This document shows positions 1 through 7,826 of a stretch of 64,000 nt of DNA, piece by piece. The stretch covers positions 279,488-343,487 of the forward strand of contig CAVURJ010000001.1 of assembly GCA_963743885.1 (NCBI GenBank), given 5' to 3'. Made by a program: the position numbers and the translations under genes. Numbering within the stretch: position 1 is the first letter of the stretch; each line of letters begins with the position of its first letter. The notes below the pieces were generated by a model that saw only the letters and a list, made by a program, of their open reading frames with translations, was not told the origin of the DNA and made no database searches. The DNA is from Candidatus Moraniibacteriota bacterium (GTDB lineage Bacteria > Patescibacteriota > Minisyncoccia > Moranbacterales > UBA1568).

Positions 1-116
1 GGAGGCAGTGAAGTAGTTTTCTGCAAAAGGATTCCCAGCCCAAGGCTGGTCCGCCTCAGGCGGAAAAAGATAGGGCCGAGACCCGTCTGCTGTATAGCTG
101 GCGGGTCGCGGCTTTC

Positions 117-187
117 CGGAGCATAGTATAGTGGTAGTACGAGTGGTTTGGGACCATTTAGTCCCGGTTCGATTCCGGGTGCTCCGA
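117..187 (+). tRNA. tRNA-Pro(TGG)
   Basis: CGGAGCA/TGCTCCG acceptor stem, anticodon loop TT-TGG-GA, T-arm CCCGG-TTCGATT-CCGGG, discriminator A. Confidence 0.93.
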
Positions 188-295
188 CAGATGAGTTTGT
201 AAGGTTATAAAGTTGAAAGTTTATCAAGCGGAGACGCTTTACTAAGGCTTCATTAACTTTAGGAGCTTGAAAGACTTTATAAACTCGATTTTTTT

Positions 296-1318
296 GTGAA
301 AAAAATCGTTACCATAGGTGGAGGGACGGGCAGCTTCACGCTCCTGTCCGGACTCAAGAAATATCCGATCGAGTTGTCGGCTATCGTCTCTATGGCAGAT
401 GACGGCGGTTCGACCGGCGTTTTGCGTGATGAGCTCGGCGTCTTGCCACCGGGCGATGTGCGCCAGTGTCTGGTCGCGCTCTCAGATTCTTCTGAGAAGC
501 TCCGTGAGCTTATGAATTACCGTTTCGAGGAAGGCGGTCTCTCAGGACATAGCTTCGGCAATCTTTTTCTCTCGGCGCTCGAGAAGATCGAGGGGAGCTT
601 CGCTTCCGGCGTGTCTGAAGCGGCCAAGATTCTGAATGTGAAAGGAGCGGTCATTCCGGTTACAGCGACGGATACCAATCTCAAGGTGCATCTCAAGGAC
701 GGTAAGACGCTTTCTGGTGAGCATGAGATCAATACGAGCCTCAAGGTGGGGAAGATCGGTGTCAGACGCGTTCTGCTCGAGCCGAAGGCCAAGGCTAATA
801 AGGAGGCGGTGGAGAAGATCCTGGCGGCTGATCTTATCATCATCGGCCCGGGGAATCATTATTGCAGCATCATCCCGAATCTTTTGGTGGAGGGTATCCC
901 ACAGGCAATCCGGAAATCCAAGGCCAAAGTGGTCTATAACTGCAATCTAGTGAACAAGCGCGGCCATACCGATGGCCATACGCTGGATGAGTATGTTTCG
1001 GAGATTGATGGTTTTCTTGGTGGTCCGCGCGTCGACTTTGTGACGTTCAATACGAAGATGCCTGCCAAAAGCATTCTTGAGCGGTATAGCAAGGAGGATG
1101 GGGAGTTGGTGGTATTTGATCCGAAATGCTGTCCGGAACGCCGGTATCGGGTGATCAAGGCCGATCTCCTGAGTCGTCAAAGTGTTCGGTACGGCGCGAC
1201 TGACAAGATTGCCAGTACCCGTTCCTATATCCGCCATGATACGGAAAAGCTTGGTAAGGTGCTTATGATGCTCCTTGAGATTGGTGAGTACGAGAACATT
1301 CTCCGGGATATCGTCTGA
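296..1318 (+). CDS. yvcK: YvcK/GlmR family (UPF0052) UDP-GlcNAc-binding protein
   Basis: IGGGTG, DDGGSTG..R, PPGD.R.CL, GHSFGNL, IIGPG motifs. Confidence 0.9.
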   Translation: MKKIVTIGGGTGSFTLLSGLKKYPIELSAIVSMADDGGSTGVLRDELGVLPPGDVRQCLVALSDSSEKLRELMNYRFEEGGLSGHSFGNLFLSALEKIEGSFASGVSEAAKILNVKGAVIPVTATDTNLKVHLKDGKTLSGEHEINTSLKVGKIGVRRVLLEPKAKANKEAVEKILAADLIIIGPGNHYCSIIPNLLVEGIPQAIRKSKAKVVYNCNLVNKRGHTDGHTLDEYVSEIDGFLGGPRVDFVTFNTKMPAKSILERYSKEDGELVVFDPKCCPERRYRVIKADLLSRQSVRYGATDKIASTRSYIRHDTEKLGKVLMMLLEIGEYENILRDIV

Positions 1319-1382
1319 TAGGCCGATATCTGTAAGAGTTTTGACACGGCGCCGACATATAGATATAATTACCATGGCTTAA

Positions 1383-1538
1383 ATAACGGGTATTTACTCT
1401 CCAGGGCAAGCCCTGGACCAAAAAACGAACTAGTGTTCGTTTCTTTCCGCGGCAAGCCGCGAGGTATTTGACCCGATTTTACCTGCACTCGCTCAGAAAC
1501 GAAAGTGTACTTTCGTTTCACTCACTTCGTTTGGTAAT
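1383..1538 (-). repeat. ~160-bp structured dispersed repeat, family A copy 1
   Basis: Reverse complement aligns with 48692-48869 and 58262-58423 (TTACCAA..GTGAGTGAAACG..CGTTTC..GGTAAAATCGGGT..ATACC..GCTTGCCC..AATACCCGTTAT). Confidence 0.9.
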
Positions 1539-1551
1539 AAAAGCTTTTTTT

Positions 1552-2295
1552 ATGGCAAACACATTCCCGATCACTCTGAAAGAGGTCCGCGAGGTCGCTG
1601 ATGGCACGCAGGTGTTTATCTTCGACAAGCCGGAGGGCTACGAGTTCCAGGCGGGGCAGTATGTCGCTCTTTTCGCGCCGAAGCTTGATGGTATCGAGCC
1701 GGATCAGCGCGGGTTGTCGCGTTCACTTTCGATTTCGTCGGCGCCGTGCGAGGATGAGCTTTGGTTTGCGATGCGGAAGAGCGATAGCTATTTCAAGCGG
1801 ACGATGTGGGAGCTCAAGCCGGGTGCAGTAGCGACGATCACCAAGCCAGTGGGACATTTCACGGTTCCAGAGAACGATGATCGGCCAATTGTATTTTTGA
1901 TCGGCGGCATTGGTATCACGCCAGCGAGGGCTATTCTCAAGCAGGCCGAGCATGATCGCGCGACTCGCCGGTTCACACTTTTTTATTCGAATCGTTTTGA
2001 TAAGGACGCGGCTTTCGAGGAAGAGATGCGGGCGTTCAGTCTTCCGGAGTATCGTTTCGTGCGCGTGCTCAGCAAGTCCGATGAACCATGCGCTCCGGAG
2101 AACGACGAACGTGGGTATATCTGTGAGGAAACCATCAAGAAGTACGTCCCGGCTACCGATCAGGTGCTGTATTATATCGTCGGATCGCCGCAGTTCGCGG
2201 GAGCGATGGAAACGATGCTTGATGAGATGGGTATCCCGAAAGAAAGCCGTCACATGGACCCATTCTCGGGCATGGTCGCACAGTCGGTGAGGTAG
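1552..2295 (+). CDS. FAD/NAD(P)-binding oxidoreductase (ferredoxin-NADP reductase-like)
   Basis: F.AGQY, RSLSISSAP, GGIGITP, LFYSNR motifs; start trimmed to MANTF. Confidence 0.85.
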   Translation: MANTFPITLKEVREVADGTQVFIFDKPEGYEFQAGQYVALFAPKLDGIEPDQRGLSRSLSISSAPCEDELWFAMRKSDSYFKRTMWELKPGAVATITKPVGHFTVPENDDRPIVFLIGGIGITPARAILKQAEHDRATRRFTLFYSNRFDKDAAFEEEMRAFSLPEYRFVRVLSKSDEPCAPENDERGYICEETIKKYVPATDQVLYYIVGSPQFAGAMETMLDEMGIPKESRHMDPFSGMVAQSVR

Positions 2296-2339
2296 ATTTG
2301 AAATCGCGAAGCTGCCACAGAGAGGGGCTTCGCGCAGAA

Positions 2340-2410
2340 GCGGGCGTCGTATAGTGGCTATTATCAGCCCCGCCGGAGGCGGGTAAACTTCCAAGCTGAA
2401 GATGAGGGCT
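2340..2410 (+). pseudogene. Degenerate tRNA-Gly(TCC) copy with a 19-bp insertion
   Basis: Aligns to 2490-2540; CCCGCCGGAGGCGGGTAAA (2369-2387) lies between TCAGC and CTTCCAAGCTGA; T-loop and 3' acceptor strand lost. Confidence 0.8.
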
Positions 2411-2489
2411 TTCCTTGTAGGCGGCCGGTCGCTATCAGAGTAGAGTAGACATGTTTCGCCAAGACAGGTAGACTTCCAAAAAGAATAAC

Positions 2490-2561
2490 GCGGGTATCGT
2501 ATAATGGTTCTTATGTCAGCCTTCCAAGCTGAAGATGGGGGTTCGATTCCCCCTACCCGCT
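2490..2561 (+). tRNA. tRNA-Gly(TCC)
   Basis: GCGGGTA/TACCCGC acceptor, TCAGC-CTTCCAA-GCTGA anticodon arm, GGGGG-TTCGATT-CCCCC T-arm. Confidence 0.95.
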
Positions 2562-2729
2562 CTAGTAAAGTAAAAAGAATGGTCTCGTGCCATTCTTTTT
2601 ACTTTTTAGCGGTAGGGGGGGGAATCGAAGGGCGCGAGGAGGATTTTGGTTGCCCGCCCAATCGATATAACAGTCCATAAGCGGCTGTTTTTTGTTCGCC
2701 CGGCAGTCGGGTATAATGATGGTGCGACT

Positions 2730-3980
2730 ATGTTGTATCTATACTCTCATCGCCGATCAACCAAGCACCGCCGATTCCTGCTCGCGGCCGCTTTGACGGC
2801 GGTTATTTCTGTTGGCTCGTACGTATTCTTCCGCAATCTGCCGCCTGCATCGCAGGATGAGGGGAAAAGAGCCGAAGAGGCGATATCCGAAGAGCAGGTG
2901 CCGCTCATCGAGTGGGTCGACCCAGATCCGGATTTTGGCAAGGATATGCCACAGTATGAGGTGGATGAGTGGCCGACGATTCCGATCCCGCCGGCGCCGG
3001 ATATGGCCCGCATGAAGCGGCAGGGGTGCGTGGCGGACGGTTTCCTTTCGGGCTATGGCGGCGATATCGACAGCTCCATCGCGCTCATCAATCGGTCGAA
3101 GTGTTACTATCTTCACCGGGCGCTCGAGACATGGCTTAAGCCGCCGGATTTCAAGTTGGCGAGGAAGATCCAGTCCAAGGTCACGAAGCCGAATACACTC
3201 TACGGCATGTTCATTGCGGAAGCTATTAGTACGAATGCTGATTACCAGTATCCGGCCGAGGACCGCGATTTCGATTTTAGCGAGATGTGTCGGCCGGGGA
3301 GTAAGAATTATTGGGGCGAACATACCTGCAAGCCGTCGCTTGATCGCAAGGAGTACCGTAAGTACCTGCACTATATCACCGAGCAGGCGATGGACATGGG
3401 TGTTCAGAGTTTCCTCTTCGGCCAGGTATTCTATCAGGATACGACGGAGTTCGAGCGATCAATCATGCCGGAAGTCATCCGAGAGATGCGTGAGTATGCC
3501 GATTTTCGCGGCATGAAGATCGTGATTGGCGCGCAGACGAACGATATCGTGGACGAACGGTATCTCAGGCTTTTCGATTTTATCGAAGGCGGCATCGGCC
3601 TCGGGTCGGATGGAAGCGTGGAAAGCGGGGCGTGCTTCTCGCGCTGGTGGAGCAAGCCCGGCGATTGGTGTTGGGCGCTCCTCTGGCATGACCGGTATGC
3701 CAAGAAGGCGAACAATGTTTTCCTTCACCTCGATTGGAGCGGCAAGATCGGCGATGATATGGACGTCTTCACCAAGATGGACAAGGATGAACGCGCCGCT
3801 GCGCTCAAGAAACTGTATACCTCCTTCACTTCGCGTGATTTCGGTTTCCTCATGCCGATGCTCGCGACACTCCACAAGGATGATGTCGGCTGCCGCGGTC
3901 CCAAGAAGCGCTTCTATTCTGCCAGCCGCAAGTATACGTGCCAGGATGAAGATGCTATCAATGTTATTTTGGGGAAATAG
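2730..3980 (+). CDS. Hypothetical membrane-anchored extracellular protein
   Basis: Long ORF with an N-terminal TM segment and several Cys; no motif recognised. Confidence 0.7.
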   Translation: MLYLYSHRRSTKHRRFLLAAALTAVISVGSYVFFRNLPPASQDEGKRAEEAISEEQVPLIEWVDPDPDFGKDMPQYEVDEWPTIPIPPAPDMARMKRQGCVADGFLSGYGGDIDSSIALINRSKCYYLHRALETWLKPPDFKLARKIQSKVTKPNTLYGMFIAEAISTNADYQYPAEDRDFDFSEMCRPGSKNYWGEHTCKPSLDRKEYRKYLHYITEQAMDMGVQSFLFGQVFYQDTTEFERSIMPEVIREMREYADFRGMKIVIGAQTNDIVDERYLRLFDFIEGGIGLGSDGSVESGACFSRWWSKPGDWCWALLWHDRYAKKANNVFLHLDWSGKIGDDMDVFTKMDKDERAAALKKLYTSFTSRDFGFLMPMLATLHKDDVGCRGPKKRFYSASRKYTCQDEDAINVILGK

Positions 3981-4036
3981 CGTTAGAAATTAAACGTTTC
4001 GTTTGCTATACTAAGATTATATTTGACTTTAGCATC

Positions 4037-4342
4037 GTGAAGATATTCCAGAGAAAGATTGAAGATTTCGAGTGCGGGAAGTGCGGGTTCGCCGTAAAGG
4101 GGAACGGATATACCAATCATTGTCCGAAGTGCCTCTTTAGTCAGCATGTCGATGTACACCCGGGCGATCGGGCAGCGGAATGCGGCGGGCTCATGGAGCC
4201 GGTTTTCTTGGAACGGGCGGATGGCGAGCAGAAGTTGACGCATCGCTGCGTCGTCTGCGGCCATGAGAAGAAAAATAAGGTGGGTGCTGATGATGGCTTT
4301 GAGGCTTTATTGGAACTAGCCAGGAAAATTTCCAATTTTTGA
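4037..4342 (+). CDS. RNHCP-domain zinc-binding protein
   Basis: F.CxxCG, NHCPxCL.S.HVD..PGDRA..CGGLMEPV, HRCxxCG. Confidence 0.85.
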   Translation: MKIFQRKIEDFECGKCGFAVKGNGYTNHCPKCLFSQHVDVHPGDRAAECGGLMEPVFLERADGEQKLTHRCVVCGHEKKNKVGADDGFEALLELARKISNF

Positions 4343-4347
4343 TAGAA

Positions 4348-4484
4348 ATAAAATCCGAAATCCGAAATTCTAAACACGAAACAAATCCTAATCTTGAAAT
4401 CCAAAACGAAAAACAAGGGTTTGAAATTTCAGTTTTTTGATTTTGAATTTGTTTAGAAATTAGGAATTAGATATTAGAAATTTC
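4348..4484. repeat. AT-rich ~7-nt-periodic imperfect inverted-repeat element
   Basis: AAATCCG/AAATTCT-type units mirrored by TTTGAATT/TTAGAAAT units; similar blocks at 15193-15325, 43536-43664, 48598-48910. Confidence 0.7.
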
Positions 4485-4563
4485 AAAAGCGATTGTTTTC
4501 GATAGGATTGTTTGATATCGATAGTGCAGAAGAAAAGAAAAACGGATATAAAAAGCCAAAGAT

Positions 4564-7107
4564 ATGTTGTGGAAGAGATTCGCATCGTATGATGCGGAAA
4601 GCTCGCTTGCTGAGCTCCAATCGTCGGTCGATGGGCTGTCGGAGGAATCCGTCCGGAGTCGGTTTTTGACGTTTGGAAAGAATGAGCTGGGCGGTAAGAA
4701 GTCATTCATCTACGAGGCCTTGCGTCGCCGCTTCAAGTCGTCGTTCCTCTACCTCTTGCTCGCTGCTGCCGTACTGGCGCTCTTTCTTGGGGATCGCCTT
4801 GATGCTCTCTTGATCGCCTTGTTCGTGGCAATCAATATTGGTCTCGAGACGTATCAGGAATATCGCTCTGAGCGATCGGCAGAGCTGCTCAAGAAATATC
4901 TCATCGTACGGGTGCGTGTCAGGCGTGATGGCCGTATGGTGATGACGGAAGGGAAGAACATCGTCCCGGGCGATATTGTGCTCGTGGAACCAGGTGACCG
5001 TCTGCCAGCTGATATCCGTTTTATCAAATCTGACGGCATCGAGGTGGATGAGAGCGTTATGACCGGTGAGTCCGTCGCTGTCGCGAAGACCGCCGATTCG
5101 CCGGACGTGCCACCGACAGAGATGTATGAGGCGGTGAATATCGGCTTTGCGGGGACCATCGTGACAGCGGGGCGTGGCGAGGGAGTGGTTTTTGCGACGG
5201 GCAAGGAGATGGCGCTTGGCGATATTGTTACGCTGACCGAGGGGACCGACCGTGAGACGGTTTTTGAGAAGGGTATGGCCCGGTTTAGCCGCTTTCTGGT
5301 GCGTCTGGTACTCCTGACGCTCACGATTATCTTTCTTGCGAATATCTTCATCAAGGGTGATGGGGCCGATCATATCGAACTCCTCGTCTTCTCGATCGCG
5401 CTTGCGGTCTCGGTGGTACCGGAGGCACTGCCGCTCGTCATGACGGTCTCCTTGTCACGCGGAGCTGTTCGTCTGGCGCAGAAGAAGGTCGTCGTGAAAC
5501 GACTCTCGGCTATTGAGGATCTCGGGAGTATCGAAGTGCTCTGTACCGACAAGACAGGGACGCTGACAGAAAACATGCTTTCCGTCGTTGATGTGCTCGC
5601 GCCCGATCGCGCAGCTTGTCTCACGGCAGCGTTTCAGGCTTCTCTTGAGGTGCCTGAGACGCGTGCTCATCTGCATGACGCTTTTGATTTGGCGCTCTTT
5701 CAGTCCTTGTCGGCCGATGAGCGGATGGTGGCGCTCGAGAAAGAGCGGATTGGGAGTATCCCGTTTGATCCGGAGCGTCGGCGCAACAGTGTGTTTGTCC
5801 AAGGCGGAAATGAACGCGCCATTATCGTGCGCGGAGCACCGGAAGAGATATTCCGTCTCTCGCATGGCATGGACCGGTATACCAGGATGCAGGCGACAGA
5901 ATTCGTAGCTGCTGCTGGGCGAAAGGGGCAGCGTGTCATCGCAGTTGCTTCAAGGCAGCTGCATACCGATGAGAAATGTACGGCGTATAGTGAGCAGAAT
6001 CTTGCGTTTCTCGGATTGATTGCTTTTTCTGATACGCTCAAGAAGACGGCCAAGCGGACCATTGCTGAGGCGCGCTCGCTCAACGTCGCGGTCAAGATTT
6101 TGACCGGTGATAGCCGCGAGGTGGCTGGCTCTGTCGGCTACGCCATCGGGCTGATTGATGACCCGGAGAAGGTGTTCACGGGTAAGGAGCTCGATGAGAT
6201 GCCGTACGAGGAGCGTCGCGACGCGGTTTTTTCTGGCTCTGTCTTTGCTCGTGTCTCGCCGCAGCAGAAGCACGATATCATCAAGCTGCTCCAGGAGCGC
6301 TACGGAGTCGGATTTCTTGGGGAGGGGATCAACGATGCGCCGGCGCTCAAGCTGGCGGATGTCGCTATCGTAGTGGATAGTGCTTCCGATATCGCTCGTG
6401 AGACGGCGGATGTCGTGCTGCTCCAAAAGAGCCTTGAGGCGCTCATCGATGGGATCCGGGAGGGGCGTTCTATCTTTGCCAATATTCTCAAGTATCTCAA
6501 GATCACGCTGACATCCAATTTTGGCAATTTCTATTCCGTCGCGCTCGCATCGCTCCTTCTGCCATTCGTGCCGCTTTTGCCGGTGCAGATTCTTCTCCTC
6601 AATCTTCTTTCGGATTTTCCGATGATTGCTATCGCGACCGACACCGTGGACAAGGCCGAGCTTGACCGACCGAAGAGCTACCAGATGCACACAGTGATCT
6701 ACCTGACGACGCTTTTTGGTGTCGTGAGCTCAGTCTTCGACTTTATGCTCTTTGGATATTTCTACCGCATTTCTCCGGAGGCACTCCAGACGGCTTGGTT
6801 TATGCTTTCTGTTATCACCGAGGTTGTGCTCATCTTTTCGCTTCGCACCAGCTTCGCCTTCTTCAAGGCCCGTCGTCCGTCCTTTGCGCTTATGTTCTTT
6901 TCATTCACGGCGCTCCTCATCGCGGTGGTGCTGCCGTTTACGTCGTTGGGCCAGGTGCTCCACTTTGCGCGCCTCGAGACGAGCTCACTCATCTTTATCG
7001 GCTGTTTGGCTGCCGGCTATTTCATGGTGACTGAGCTGGTCAAGCACATGTACGAGCGGCACCTGCGCCAGTCGCGCCGGGACGTTGCCGATCCGGTTGC
7101 CGCGTGA
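4564..7107 (+). CDS. mgtA: P-type ATPase, probably Mg2+-translocating (MgtA-like)
   Basis: TGES, PEALP, DKTGTLT, PFDPERRR, TGD, G(E)GINDAPAL, NILKYLKITLTSNFGN. Confidence 0.8.
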   Translation: MLWKRFASYDAESSLAELQSSVDGLSEESVRSRFLTFGKNELGGKKSFIYEALRRRFKSSFLYLLLAAAVLALFLGDRLDALLIALFVAINIGLETYQEYRSERSAELLKKYLIVRVRVRRDGRMVMTEGKNIVPGDIVLVEPGDRLPADIRFIKSDGIEVDESVMTGESVAVAKTADSPDVPPTEMYEAVNIGFAGTIVTAGRGEGVVFATGKEMALGDIVTLTEGTDRETVFEKGMARFSRFLVRLVLLTLTIIFLANIFIKGDGADHIELLVFSIALAVSVVPEALPLVMTVSLSRGAVRLAQKKVVVKRLSAIEDLGSIEVLCTDKTGTLTENMLSVVDVLAPDRAACLTAAFQASLEVPETRAHLHDAFDLALFQSLSADERMVALEKERIGSIPFDPERRRNSVFVQGGNERAIIVRGAPEEIFRLSHGMDRYTRMQATEFVAAAGRKGQRVIAVASRQLHTDEKCTAYSEQNLAFLGLIAFSDTLKKTAKRTIAEARSLNVAVKILTGDSREVAGSVGYAIGLIDDPEKVFTGKELDEMPYEERRDAVFSGSVFARVSPQQKHDIIKLLQERYGVGFLGEGINDAPALKLADVAIVVDSASDIARETADVVLLQKSLEALIDGIREGRSIFANILKYLKITLTSNFGNFYSVALASLLLPFVPLLPVQILLLNLLSDFPMIAIATDTVDKAELDRPKSYQMHTVIYLTTLFGVVSSVFDFMLFGYFYRISPEALQTAWFMLSVITEVVLIFSLRTSFAFFKARRPSFALMFFSFTALLIAVVLPFTSLGQVLHFARLETSSLIFIGCLAAGYFMVTELVKHMYERHLRQSRRDVADPVAA

Positions 7108-7202
7108 TGCCTTGTTCCGGTGGGGCGGAAGTCACTATCAAAAAAAGAAAAACCCGGGTCCGGAGACTCGGGTTTTTGGCGCTCATGTTTGAGCTGGCTG
7201 GA

Positions 7203-7682
7203 TCAGCCGAAGGAGTTGAGGCATTGGCCGCAGGCGATGGGCACGTGCCCGCGCGGGATCTTGGGGCGTTCGCTTGAAGACTTTCCATTGCGCGCCTTGA
7301 TGGCGCCGGCGAGCATGCAGGTGCCGGTACGACAGTCGCAGATCTGTCCGCAGGTATTCATTGGCGCAGCTTCATCTGTGTTGCCGATTCCTTCATCTTC
7401 ATCGGGAAGGGCGTTGCCGGGATCTTCCTGGGCTTCCGTGTACATTTCCGCGGCAATACCGAGCGCCCAGAGCGGGTAGGCAGGGCCGCGCGGTGCGCCA
7501 TCGGCAAAGGCTTCGTGTCCATCGCGTTCGAGTGCTTCCTGAAGAGAGGGGTCTTCGGCTTGCTCAATACGCCCCGGGAAGTCTCCGAAGTAGCGGGCGC
7601 CGCCGTTTTGTTCAGGGAAAATGAGGTCTTTTGCTGTCGGAGTGATACAGAGTTCGCCTTTCACATATCTCAATTTCGGCAT
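7203..7682 (-). CDS. Hypothetical protein with a C-terminal Cys cluster
   Basis: ORF with purine-rich upstream; CxxxCxC..C..CxxC; convergent terminator near 7150-7178. Confidence 0.55.
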   Translation of the reverse strand: MPKLRYVKGELCITPTAKDLIFPEQNGGARYFGDFPGRIEQAEDPSLQEALERDGHEAFADGAPRGPAYPLWALGIAAEMYTEAQEDPGNALPDEDEGIGNTDEAAPMNTCGQICDCRTGTCMLAGAIKARNGKSSSERPKIPRGHVPIACGQCLNSFG

Positions 7683-7826
7683 TTTTCTTGCTCCTCTTGC
7701 TGTGTTGGAAAGGACTGCTTTGGTTGCGGGGACAGTGTCCAGGCAATGCACATACCATACTACATATGGAGGAAAAAGCAAGTGATGGAAACAAAAAAGA
7801 GGCCGAAGCCTCTTTTTTCGTATGCG

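Noticed and set aside
2369-2387. tRNA intron
   Set aside because: The host copy lacks the T-loop and 3' acceptor strand; the same 19-mer occurs reversed elsewhere
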